From the NCBI GenBank assembly GCA_964188305.1, contig OZ076886.1: 64,000 nt of DNA; one strand, given 5' to 3'. Shown in pieces: positions 11,186 to 24,084 of the stretch (position 1 is the stretch's first letter; each line of letters starts with the position of its first letter). A program made the translations under genes and the position numbers. Below the pieces are notes generated by a model. That model worked only from the letters and a program-made list of their open reading frames with translations, had not been told where the DNA came from and made no database searches. The stretch comes from Podarcis bocagei. Its lineage: Eukaryota.

Positions 11186-12754
11186 TTGTGTCAATGTGGT
11201 CTTGCTTTGGGGTTTGATTTTCTTTTTGGATTTTCCCAGGATTGGGAAACTGAGTGATTGAGATTGCTCAGAAAAGGGAGGAGGTTGGGATGAGTTCTAG
11301 TTGAGGGTAATGTCATATGAACAATGCCCAGAAATCTTGGATTCAGCTTCAGACTCACAGTCAAACCCAGTATTTCTGTTCTACACATACCAAGTGCCAT
11401 ACTCAAGAAAGCCCTTTAAAATGACTTCTGCTGACGTGGTAAGTTTTCATTTTTCCTAGATAAGTGCCATTTAACCACAAATGGTTCCCCATTTTTGAGC
11501 TAGCACAGTCCCCAGGTGAGGACTATTCCACAAAAATGGATCACATCACAATATTCTTTTTGCCCTTTGTGGGCTTCCCCTGAGGAACATGTCTAGGGAC
11601 AAATACTGGAAGCAGCAGCAAAATGCAAAACCACATTTTTCTATAAAGGTGGAAACAGAAGGATGTGGGGATTCTTGAGGACAAGGCATCAGATGAAAGA
11701 TATTGATGGTGTGACTGAGCATTCAGCCAAAATGGGAAGTTTGAATATCTCTCTCATACACCCCCCCCCCACCAATCATTTTTTTCCCCAGGGGGAATAG
11801 AAATGGAACAAATGTGTTCATCTATTGGTGCAAGGCAGGTATCCGAAAGAAGAGACAGCAAGTCTATATTGTCATGATAAGAGGGATGTATTCCTCCTCA
11901 CTCCAGCCAGAGGAAGGGGGATGACAGTTGTTTGTGCTCACTGGCATCACCACAGAGCCAATCAAGTTTTGAAACATCACTCTGTCACCAAGGTCAACCT
12001 GACGTTACCCTGACTTTGAAGAGGGGAGATACGAGACTATTGTTTAGTGAACCAGGCAAACATTCTGTTTTGCACTGCTGTCTATCAGACCACCTGCCAA
12101 GAGAAGACAAACAGACAGGGGGTGTCAGTCCAGTTGTCTTTGCAATGGAGAAATGTTCCATCCCCAGTGCTGGGCCAAGACGTTTTGCTGGCTGAAGGAG
12201 AGACCAAACAGACTTCTCTCTGCCCACATGGTGCCACCCTATGGCAAATGCTTTAAGAAGCCTTTCTGCATGATTCAGAAACCAAATCCTTGTCTTCATC
12301 AATCACTTCCCATTGTGCTACCTGAAGCAGGTCACTTGGCTCATGATGGGGTCACATTGTGAAGAAACCTTTTTATAAAAACATCCAAGGAGGGAGGGAG
12401 CGCCTCTGAACAACCACAAATAAACATGAAATAAACCCTTTTTTTGCCCTGAAAAAGTTCACTTGCAAAATCTGGCACAGTTTGAGGACTACCATAGTAA
12501 GGGCAACAAGTCTAATTAAAAATATCATAATGCAAGTCAATGACAGACTTTCCTCCTTTCTTATCATATTTGCAAGGATATGCAATTTTAAAAATAATAA
12601 TGATACAGTAATTAATAATGATAATAATCATGCACTTACCAGTCTTGAGAAGAGTAGGGCTGTCTTCCTGGAGGCAGATGAGCAATAGTAGGAGCAGAAG
12701 TGGCTTCCTTCTGTCTGGGTCTAACCAGTGTTCACACACTAGAGAATGCTTTTC

Positions 12755-12923
12755 NNNNNNNNNNNNNNNNNNNNNNNNNNNNNNNNNNNNNNNNNNNNNN
12801 NNNNNNNNNNNNNNNNNNNNNNNNNNNNNNNNNNNNNNNNNNNNNNNNNNNNNNNNNNNNNNNNNNNNNNNNNNNNNNNNNNNNNNNNNNNNNNNNNNNN
12901 NNNNNNNNNNNNNNNNNNNNNNN
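12755..12923. other. Assembly gap (169 N)
   Basis: Run of N in the sequence. Confidence 0.99.
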
Positions 12924-13923
12924 GCTCTGTTTTACCTGTGAGGCTTATTACATGACTATGCTGGTCCAAGAGCATACTGAATGAAACAGGGAGATGGTGG
13001 CAGATGAACTATGCCTGTACAGGAGACTGGGCACATTTAAGTCAAGTCAAGAGTGTTTATTTTGAGCACTGTGGAGTTCAAACCAGCAGCACCCATTAGG
13101 CACAAGGACCTCTGTCTCTATCAGGACTGCTGGCTGGAAGAGAGAACTGCATACAGTTCAAGCTACACGCACACAACAGCACAGAATCCTTATGGCTCAG
13201 GAAATCGGGTGACACCACAGGGCTCATCACACCCCATTGTCCCATATAAAGTTCCCAAAGACCTTTAGTCTGGATTCACTTGTCTGCCATTGAGCATTGG
13301 CGGCAATGATCTTGTAAAGAGTCTCAAAGTATCTATTGTGGAAGTCAAGGAATGACAAGTGTTTTTAAAATCTGAAACTTCTTTACTTTGGACTTTTGCT
13401 GCTTTTTTTGGTAACCATCAAGTCTAAATGGACACCCAGGGACTTAAGTGTAATGACATTTACAGAGGGTTGCAATTTAAAAACCCTACAGTGAGGCTAT
13501 GTTGGATAGCTGAAATGGTGGGATTCCTACGGTGTGTTGCTTTTTTCATCCCATTGTGCTGAATGCTAAGAACCCTGGGATAGTTAGACTTAGGATGTTT
13601 CTCAGAGATACAGATTTTAGAAATTGTCCTCATATCTTTAAACAGGGGAATGGGCCTGGCTTGCCTGCATTATTATTATATTTGTGGGGTACATTTTTTC
13701 ATTAATCTGCATGTGACCACACCAAACCAGAGATTTCACACAGTATACACTGAAAAAGGTGGTGCAAAGTAGTCATATTCAGTTTGCAATACACAAGATA
13801 AATTTCTACAACTGGAAATCTCAGGATGCAATACTTTGTGTGCATATTGGGCAGTAAGACCCACTGAAATCAGTTGGGATTGATCCCAAATATGAATGCA
13901 TAGGATTGTGCTGCCATTGTTTT

Positions 13924-14168
13924 AAGAAGAGTTTGGATTTGATATCCCGCCTTTCACTCCCTTTAAGGAGTCTCAAAGCGGCTAACATTCTCCTTTCCCT
14001 TCCTCCCCCACAACAAACACTCTGTGAGGTGAGTGAGGCTGAGAGACTTCAGAGAAGTGTGACTGGCCCAAGGTCACCCAGCAGCTGCATGTGGAGGAGC
14101 GGAGACGCGAACCCGCTTCACCAGATTACGAGTCTACCGCTCTTAACCACTACACCACACTGGCTCTT
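13924..14168 (-). mobile_element. Squam3-like tRNA-derived SINE
   Basis: Minus strand reads agagccagtgtggtgtagtggttaagagcggtagactcgtaatctggtgaagcgggttcg, then CORE-like ctgggtgaccttgggccagtcac and an L2-like tail. Confidence 0.8.
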
Positions 14169-15292
14169 AAAAAGCACATCAAACCTGGAATAAAGAAAAT
14201 CTCCCTTATGCAATTTGCAAGCAACCCATTCAATATGACCTTGATGTATAAAAGCAATCCACACCCAGATGCAGGGGAGAACAAGCCAGACCAAACCATG
14301 TCAAGACCATCTCCCTTTAGGGAGAAATGTTCCCTTAAACTGGACAAAAGTGCTAACTGATTTCTGGATACAAAAGAGAACTGTACAGAAATGATTTGTG
14401 GTTAAGCAGAAACAAGGAACAGTCACATTTTGAGGGCAGGGAAACCAGAGGAGATGCTTCCTGTAGGAACCCTGGGCAGTTCCTGCTGCCCCCTGCAGAA
14501 GAGATCCAGTTTTCTATACAGTGTTAAATGTGAATTCTTTCCACCATCCCTGACCACGCTAGAGAGAGAGGAGCAAAAAGGAGATGAACCCTGAAACAAA
14601 AGAAGTTTAAAATCCATGGTGGTAGAAAGGTATGACAGCTGGCTCAATGAACTGATTTCGATGCCAAAATGAATGACAAGCTGCTCGTTGCTAGCAGGCG
14701 TTCAGAGCAGCGAGGGTCATGTAGGAAGCAAAGCATGCCTATTCCACAGCAGTCATATATAATGGTTCACAGGAGCAACAATGTTCTTGGCCTGATGGTT
14801 AGTGGAAGGCAACCACTTCTTTAACTGGTTCACAAAGTAAGCTTTTCAGTGTATGACCTGTTAACTTGCCACTCACTAAAGCAAAGGGCCATAAGGAACT
14901 CTTAGAAAGAACTGATCTTAAAGGGATGGGTCTTATGGGAAAGCCAGAAGCAGAGCCACCAGCATTATATAGACATATAATGTATAGATGTGCAGTACAG
15001 CTGCACACTAGAAAAGTAACTTGGAATTAGGGTCTCTGTGCCATATGGCATGTGATCCCGACTTTCCAGATAAACACCTAAAGAATATGGAAAACAAGCA
15101 CTATTCAAATGAATAATAGAAAAGCCGCCACTGAACTCAGTGGGGCTTAGATTGTGTTGATACAGTTTTTACTGTGAATTTGATGATAGCATCATCGGCA
15201 TTTCAGTGGCTTACGGAGCCTGGGGCTGTGCAAACTTTGAAGATGACAGTCTAACCTTGTTAACAGGCTGCGACAGCTTGAAGAAGGCTTAC

Positions 15293-15390
15293 TTTGGTTC
15301 CTTATATCCCCAAACTGCACATTTCACCAAATAGACCAATCCTGACTTACCTGCAAAAAGAAAAAAGAGAAAGACAAAAAACACAAAGTT
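15293..15390 (-). other. Strong 3' splice site directly followed by a consensus 5' splice site (recursive-site-like), with a candidate 58-nt exon 15350-15293
   Basis: Minus strand ttttttgtctttctcttttttctttttgcag|GTAAGT at 15351/15350; downstream donor CAAA|GTAAGC at 15293/15292. Confidence 0.5.
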
Positions 15391-17409
15391 GTTTGATTGG
15401 ATTATTGCTCACATGCTTCAGCAGAAATGTGTGTTGGCAAGGGCTAAAAAAGAAATAATGATTCTTGAGAAAAACAAAATCACAGCAGCGTGAGCTAAGA
15501 CAATTTCAATGTGTCTGATGATTTATTTATTTAGAGGGTTCCCTCCCTCTCTCTCCATTTGAATAACTGCAATAGCCTTTTCATCCTGGTAATTTCATTC
15601 TAAAAGGATGTGCTGTTAAATGGTAATCTATAATGCGTTCCACTTTTCCACTCCAGATTTTCTCTCTGCCAATATGATCTGGTGGTCTGTTTTGAAACAG
15701 TCCATTTAATTTCTTTCTCTACTGAGTCAATGTGGTTTGCAAAATGTTCATTGAAAAATGACTCTGTAGGGATAAACATCTCTAACAGCATGTGGCTGTC
15801 CCCTTTGTTCAATTTTAATTTCTTTTTTTGAGGGGCAGACAAGACAATCTGTCTGCCACCATGAAGCTGATATCCTGAAACAGGAAATGAATTCTTGATC
15901 ATGCTCCACAAACATAATAAGAGGAGTAAGTTTGGCTTTAATATTACATCTCTATAAAATCAATCTCAAAAGTGTTGACATTCGACTATAAAAGTGGAGT
16001 GGAGGGACAGAGAGAGAGGGAGAGAATATTAAAGAGATGCATCTCTTGTGCTCTAACCAAATTGAAGTATATTCATTACAAGCAATTTAATAAAACAAGC
16101 ACTGGGTGTTATCACAGCATGTATGAACCCAAAAATCATGGTCCTCCATGTTTCCATGTTGCCACTTGTAACTAAACACACTGGAAGAGACAATGCAGAG
16201 TGTCTGTTTTGCCTGCAAAAGGTGCCAGCTTGAATCCCAAATGGTATCTCCAGGTACAGCTGGGAGAGACTACAGGCAACTTCCCATTTATGTGGATGTT
16301 ATGTTCCAAGGCACTGCACATATCAGTGAAATCATGTATATTTGAAACACCACTAGAAAAGCTGCACCCCACCCCACCCCAACCCCACCCCTTTCTGTGA
16401 CGTTTCTGTGATGGTGCAGTCACACACATTTGAATGTGTGTAAATGGGGGAGGGGGTTGCCTGTACTAGCCAAAATCCTGGAGAGACACTGTCAGTCACT
16501 GTTGCCAATACTGAGCTAGATGGACCAATAGCCTGACTCCATATATGGCAGCATCCTACCGTCCCAACAGATTGCATTTTCAAAATCATTCTGGGGAATC
16601 GACTACCAGTATGTACAGCAGAAAAGGGAAAAGGGGGACAACTTAAATTAGAAAAGTGCAGCTTTTTAAAGAAAGCGGCAGTCATTTCAGATATGGGAAA
16701 ATGAAAGATGATCAACCCTTATTTGCAAATATTGCAACCCAATTAAGCCACAATGCAATCTCAACACTGATCATTAGCGAAAACTCAGATTACCCTTTTT
16801 AAAATGGCCTGGTGACAATCAGACAGATTTTACAAGGACTATCCACCAACTGGCAATCCTAGTGCTCCAAGGATATCACTGAGAAAGCAACGACTCTGGC
16901 AACGGTAAGTGTGGGACAGAATAATGATCCACCACTGGTTCTCTTTGGAGGCTTGTTGTTTGTTTATTCTGCTTTAGAACAACTGAGAATCACAGCTGGA
17001 GAAAAGAGGAGAAGATGCTAGACATTATTACTTGTTTTGATTGCTATCTGTTGGCACTAAGTGCCAAATTTCCTTTGGTCACTTTGAAAAGTTCAGTCAC
17101 AGCTAGGTGTTAAGCATTCACACACACACACACAACCATTGAGCTGCCCCAAATATACACCATCTGAACACACCTTTTCTATGAAACCTTTGGCAATTCC
17201 TAGAATAAGTAGGTGTGACTGAAAGGTGTCAGAGCACATTTTCCACATATACAGAAAAAGCAAGATACAGTTGTTACGTATTGGATCAATTTTTAAAATA
17301 GTAAATGAAACTGATAACTAAAACAGGAAAATCTTAGACCTGGGTGGTTCTAGCTGTCCATTTAAGAATGTGCATCACATTCCTCCAGAGGTTCATCTCC
17401 TGCAATGGA

Positions 17410-17700
17410 TGATCTTCCTCCTTCCTTAGGGGTGCATGCTTGCCCTATGTTGCTGTTCCAGGACAGTCCATGTGGGCCTTGAGTTGCTATACCTTCTCTT
17501 CCAGCAAGGCAACCAGCTCGCAATTGCTGCAGATATAGTTTTGCACATTCTCAGGCAGGAAGATAAACATGGCACAAGTGTTGCAGGTCACTGCAGCAGG
17601 ACCCTTGTCATACCCTTGTCATCCAAGTCTCTTGGTCCTATGTACATTGTGAGACAGCATGTCGGGCCTCCCCTTCAAGCTCCCCCACTAAATGCCATCA
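17410..17700 (-). mobile_element. CR1 LINE 5' fragment, ORF1 N-terminal zinc finger and coiled coil (decayed)
   Basis: Minus strand translates AAVTCNTCAMFIFLPENVQNYICSNCELVALLEEKV*QLK, the typical CR1 ORF1 start; 11-bp duplication acccttgtcat at the start. Confidence 0.8.
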
Positions 17701-18999
17701 CAAACACTCCTGTTTACAAGTCCTGATCATGACCTCACAGAAGCTGCAATCAGCTAAGTATGACTGCTGCTGGCTGCTAATTCCTCCCTCAACTCAATTC
17801 CTCGCTTAGCCTGGCTGCCTCTCAGCAGCAGCCCCTCCACTTAACATCCGTGCATAGAACACTGACGTGAGCATGTGTTGGTGCCAACTGCCACACATGA
17901 CTTCCAGAGTGAGACAAGTGGCACAGTCCCACTCACCTTTATTCAATTAAACCCTTAGACTCATAAAACACACCATGTCTAGATGGATGCCCTCGCCTCA
18001 CCACCACCTATGTTTCCATGGATAACTGACTCTTACTCTCTTCTCCCATCTTTTCTCTTTCATCTCAGAACTGTCCAGAATTTCCTTGTACTCGCATTAG
18101 TGCCAATGCCCTGTTATACTGATTATAGTGGTGTTTCACTATAATAAAAGAAAATGAATTAATGAGAAGCCAGTAATTAAAGCCCATTCCATGGGGAACA
18201 GGAACTAACTAATTAAGGCTCATTTAAAGGACAATTCATCACCAATGACCCCTGCTGAAATGGAAGCAATTAAAAGCAGAACCTACAAGGAGGGAGCTTC
18301 TAATTAAAGTTGTAAAAGGCTCTTTGCTGAATGTGACTTGCTTCTGAATTACCTTAAAGAAGGATATTAGTCATTGGGTCATACACTGCCAGGCTAGGTA
18401 GTGCTATACAATGTACCACATGGAACTATAGTTTTATTCCTCTTTCAGCTGACTATCCAAAAGCAATGCTAGAGGCTCATGATGTAAAAGCCATCTTAGG
18501 CTCAGTGTGACAGTCACTTGAATGTATTTTCAATGTGACAGCCACTTGAAAATACAACTGCCTGACAAAGACAGGTCTAAATGGCATCCTGTCTGGGTAA
18601 GCTGGTCTCCAAATGGTTTTGTCAAGGTTCGGCATGCTAACACAAACCAGGGTGAAAAAAAGGCTGCATTCTTGTTTTGAAAACCGTAACAGATGTTGTG
18701 GGTGAGACACTCCAAGCAAATCACTTGCCATACATTTCCAAGTGGCTACCATGTCCCAGCACACACGTGTGGGAATGGCGCTGTTCCCCCTCTTTGAAAT
18801 ATTCAACATGCATTCCCGGAGTAATAAGATTTTACCACTCCAGAATAATAAAATTCTGCAGCAGAAACTTATTACAGTATGAATATTTTATTAACAGTCA
18901 AATTTATTTATAAGCTTCACTAACTTAATAGCTCAAACAGGTGCAGGAAATATAAACCACATTCACTCCAGTTCATTTGACATGAGATGGTAAGCGTAA

Positions 19000-19016
19000 T
19001 GCTGCCCTCTGCTGTC
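19000..19016 (-). promoter_or_regulatory. CTCF-like motif
   Basis: Minus strand gacagcagagggcagca resembles the CTCF core CCAGCAGAGGGCAGC; motif match only. Confidence 0.35.
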
Positions 19017-20056
19017 TATTCTGGTTCAATAAATGATCAAATATTTTAACATTCCTCTATAAACTTTCCTGCTGCATATATCACATATATAAGCTTTGGA
19101 TAGAACTGCTAATCCTGTCTCATTGGTAGTTTATTTTATACTGTTGTTTTTATGACATTATAATTTTTAATGGTATAGGCTGCCCTGAGTGTTGCATATA
19201 AATGCTTTAATAAATACCAAAAATATTCCTGACTTGCGATATGACCCTGCACCATTCCTTTAATGCTTTATGTGGGCTAGCATTGATTCAGCACAAGTAA
19301 TGCAACACTCTGCCCCCTTCTAATTGAAGGTTCACAGCCTTCCTCTGGGTAGGACCATCTTGTTCTTAGCTTGTGTGAAATGAAGGAGAAAGGAGGCAGC
19401 CAGACTCCTGGTTGTTGCTGCTGTTGTTATTTTTTAAAAAAATCACGTTCCAGCCTTAGACAGGAAGAGTAGACAGCCTTGAAAGAACTAAATACATAAA
19501 AGGAAAATATGCACTAAATTGGAGATTCTCATTTTCTCCTTCATGGACCACTTGAAAATTGCTGAGGATCCAGGTGGGCCACTAATGCTTTTTTCTGTTC
19601 TACAAATCACAGGGTGGGATTCAACACACAAACCCTGCTTCTGCTTGTGCAATGGGGCTTTCCCTCCTCCTCTCCCTGCCCCTGGGATTTGGAGAGCCCC
19701 CAGAACAGTAGGGTGGGTGGGTAAGAGGGGGTGATAGTTACATCCAGCAAACTGAAACACTTGGGCATTTGTAATTACATGATGTTGAATTCCACCCAAA
19801 GTGCATAACTTGCACATTAATTATCACAATCTTACCTTTCTAATGCAATGGATAAATATAAATAACAACCTCCTTCTCCAAACCAGTACTGGGGTATGAG
19901 AAACACAGGCCTTGGGCTGAGAAAGAGCTATATTTTAAGGAATCTCAGGTTCTGAGCCAGTGCTTTATTACCCTGTTTGAAAATCCAGCCCTGTCCAAAA
20001 TGGTCTCAATCTCCATTGTCAGACAAAAATAAATCAAGCACAGGGCTATGTAGATA

Positions 20057-20282
20057 CAGTGGTACCTTGGGTTATATACGCTTCAGGTTACAGACTCCAC
20101 TAACCCAGAAATAGTACCTCGGGTTAAGAACTTTGCTTCAGGATGAGAACAGAAATCGTGCAGCTGCGGCGCAGCAGCAGCAGGAGGCCCCATTAGCTAA
20201 AGTGGTGCTTCAGGTTAAGCACAGTTTCAGGTTAAGAACGGACCTCCGGAACGAATTAAGTACATAACCAGAGGTACCACTG
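20057..20282. mobile_element. Tc1/mariner-type MITE (cagtggtacct family)
   Basis: TIRs with TA TSD; opposite orientation to the 9351 copy. Confidence 0.9.
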
Positions 20283-23200
20283 TAATTGTGTGATGCTTCT
20301 ACAACCTTTCCACTGACCACGTGAATATAGCCTGTAGACCACTATTGGTGTGCAGCCCACAGGTTGAGAACCTTCACATTAAATGTGTGGTGTGGAGTAG
20401 AGGAGAGAGATGACTGGCTCGAGTTCATTGCTTTTTGCTTGCTAAAAAGCATTGTGTGAGTGCTCTCATGTTTCAGTGGTACAATATGGGACCCTTCAAT
20501 CTCTGAAGAAGTAAAACAAAAGAAAAGAAAAACAGGTTGAGGACAGTGTTCAGCTGAGTGTGTGCCTGGTACTTGTGGCAAAAGTGAAAATATGCAGCAT
20601 GACCCCAAAACAGCATTCCCACATGAGCAGATTCAAGAGAGTTCCCTCTAGTTCTGCGCTGAACACACACACACACTTCCACAAACCTACAGAAGAAAGT
20701 CTGCGAATAAAATCTGAGCCCCACCATGAATTTGCTATGAGGCCTTCACTTAGCAGTGAGGAACAGCTTTCTCATGGTCCTTAATGTTTTAAATTTGTTG
20801 GAAACCACTCAGGATGGCTGCGGCAACCCAGTCAGATGGTTGGCATATATATATATAAACAAACAAACACAATAATAAGACAAATTGGACATCCCCATTT
20901 GGCCTGCGAGGCCATTTCAGCCAAGAAATGTCTACCTGGTGTCAGATGTGGGGCAGGTTAAGATGTAGATGGACCCAAAGGGAGGGTGTTTGAGGCACTG
21001 CTGATCAACTGATTGGCAGCCTGTTGAAAGTGCCAACAATTAGTTGATCAGCAGTGCATTTGAAGTGCAGGACTCTGCCCACCTGTCAAACTTGACCCAT
21101 GGAAGGTGGGTGGGTGGGTGAGGATCCAGCCTGCTGCTAATTCCAGTCCCCTACCCTGCCTAACTCAAATAATTTTACCTTCAGGCCTCTCTCCTGCCCC
21201 ACAGTTGTGATTAATGCCTAGCATAGTCTTCCCTCCAGCCTTTCCCACAGAATATGCAGTGTCGTTATACCCCAACAACTTTTTGTACGGTATGTTTAAA
21301 ACTTGTGCTGGACTCAATACTTCTTTATGGCATATCCATAACAATATATAACGATTCATATGAAATTTCCAAAGGCTGCCTAATGGCACCTGAGAAAGAG
21401 CGTTGAGTAGAGCTTTGCTCTGTAGACCTTTAAATACTCTGGTGTTTTAGGTGCTGTAAGTAAACGCTGCTTCTCTAAGCTGGTACTAGCAGCACTGTGA
21501 AAGCTCTTATATATCGATCTTGTTCCAAAGGGTCCCTCCAAACCCTTAGGCTTTTTCTGGGGGGTAGTGGCTGCAGAGAGGGAGGAAGGGAAGAATAAGA
21601 TCCATTGCAATGAGTTGCCTTTTGCTCATATAACCATTAAGTGCAACCTATGAAAATGTTTTCTTACAATTTAAAAGCATTTTCTTTTTCTTTATAAGTG
21701 TATCTCCAGAAGACCTGCTCACTGAGCAGGTCCTGATTTGTTTGTACAAAACTCATGCAGAAGTTAGACTGTGTCCAGTCTTTGCAGAGCATTCATTTTG
21801 ATTTTTTTTTGCAATTCATACATCATCCGGCCAACCTTTTGTTTGCCTCACACTTTTCAGTACATTTCCCCATCACTTCCCTAACTGCAAAAGTCCATTC
21901 TTTAAAGAGGATTTGTTGTGATAGGTCAACAGAACACTTTAATTGCACCAACCTGAATTTCTGGTGTGCACTTGAATCCCTTCACCCAAAAAGTGACTGT
22001 CTGGAGGCACAAGTGAAACTGCAGGCAAACATGTTACAATGCCATTAAAACTGGATAGGACCACTAGGGTGCCACATAAAGCTCTTCTACTAGGGGGTCA
22101 CATAAAATCCACCTAGTTGCCTTCACTTTACAGGCTGCTAGGTTGTCAGACTTGCAATAAAGGATGCACTTTCTAGATGCTTAATGACTGTCATTGTCTG
22201 GAATTTTCACAAGTGTTTCCTAATTAGGGAAATCATCAGTCGTTTCCTTGTTGTGCCCAGAGCCCTCATATTTACCCTGACAGTTATGCCAATTACATCC
22301 CACTTTCTTAAGGCCTAATGTAAACAGATGCACTTACTGGCATCTGTTGTCTCATCAACCAAACCTCCACATTCCCTCTATTTTAATTTTAACCACGATT
22401 GGTGTTTAGATTTTGTGATTGCAGTTTTCTTTTCATTTGTGAAATGGCAAACTGTCACTGAAGACGCACACACAATTTTTCTCTATCTACGGCTTCTAAC
22501 CTGACAAACGTGTCTGAATCATGTCTGAACACTAGGTGGCAACCAAAACTTACAAACTTCCTTTAAACATCTGGCAAAATAGCTGGTGAAGCTACTTTGA
22601 TATTGCTTTTACGGGTTAAATCTAGAAATAAAATATCTCCTGGATAAACACACGATAAATGATCTCACAACAGCTAGAATACATTGGTCAACAGAAATAA
22701 GGAAATATGGTCAGAGTAGCTATTAATGACAGAACCCCCTGGAATCCAAAATCTGATAGGTTTGAAATAAAGCAAGGTGGGTGAAACTGTTGCCTCAAAT
22801 CTAGGGACACATTGTAAGCACTGCCCAAGTTATATACAGCCGTGGGGGGCGAGGAGTTGCAGGTGGCCAACTAGGCAACTGGGAGTGGGCAATTTAATAG
22901 CACCTCTAATTCTGCTGAAATGACAAGTTGCTCAGCTAAGGAGTCAGAGGCAGATTAAACCAGGTAGAACTGTATTGGACTCTTGGGTCACATCATCCAT
23001 GCAGAATAGGTAACTGCAGTATTCTGCAGTGGTAGCTCTGCAGTGCAGTAAAGAGCAGGCTAAGAGCTCTTCCTTATTCCGCTATGCTGTCATGGTGGCC
23101 CAAAGAGTAAAAGCACCTGAATTTACAGCTAGATTCTCCAGTTTTATTTATTTTACTATTTATTTGCCAGTTTTGTATGTATGCCTCTCACCATATGTTC

Positions 23201-23299
23201 TCTGGGAAGCTTATAGAACAAATAATGCAGTGTAAAGGTGCAATACAATGATTGAACAGCTGGAGTAACAACAGCCTTAGAATTTTCTAGCAGCGGGGG

Positions 23300-23530
23300 T
23301 GGAGCGCTAATCAGCATCTAAGATTATAAACCAAAACATAACTTGGACCATGAAAATGTTCTTTAAAGAACATAGTATGTTCAAAAGGCCAAGGTGAATG
23401 TTAGCAAAGGTCTTCACTTGGCCCTGAAATAGCCATAAAGATGACATCAGAAAAAGTTGCACTGCCAGACTATTGCATAGCCAGGGTGCCACCACCTAGA
23501 AGGTCCTCATCATAGTCACCACCTGTTTCT
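23300..23530 (-). mobile_element. Old L2-type LINE 3' fragment
   Basis: Degenerate text ccagggtgccaccacctagaaggtcctc; related 3' tails at ~20790-20860 and ~44560-44600. Confidence 0.45.
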
Positions 23531-23609
23531 CTTCACTTGGTGGAATTGGGACCTCTGGAAAGGAGCTTAAACACTGAGTAATATGCATGGAAGAAGGCAG
23601 TCTTCCAGT

Positions 23610-24000
23610 TAGTGAGAGAATGGACATTCAATTCAGTCTGCATTTAAATACTAACCTACCTAATCTGCACTTTCCAAAACAGTATGCAAAATGAAACACA
23701 GCCATCCTTCAAAATTTGCACTTTTCTGAATTTTCCAGTACCGCTCTCTAGTCACGTAATGAGTACAAAAATGCATATATTAATGAAACTAAGGTACAAA
23801 AATGCATTAAATTGGGGGAAATTGGTTTGCAAAATATTTGGCAAAATTGCATACAAAAATGTGTCCATAGAATAAATTTACTTTAAAATGTTGATGAATT
23901 TTCATGAGGAGTTTATATGCAAATGTGGAGAAGTGAACATAGGGGGGAAAACAAGAAATGGAGAAAAACCAAAATTGACAGATTTGTTCATATCTACTTC
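23610..24000. repeat. AT-rich dispersed non-autonomous element; inverted related copy at ~50815-51340
   Basis: ccttcaaaatttgcacttttctgaatttt here vs aaactcagagaaatgtgaatttcgaaggg at ~51216-51244 (reverse-complement similarity). Confidence 0.5.
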
Positions 24001-24084
24001 CAGGTAGGCCAGTAACAAGCCAGTTTCAAATCAGTTCATTTGAGATCTCTTTTCTCCTTCACTCAAAATTCTAGGACTTTGGGC

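Noticed and set aside
12618-12984. ORFs spanning the N run
   Set aside because: Artefacts of translating the assembly gap
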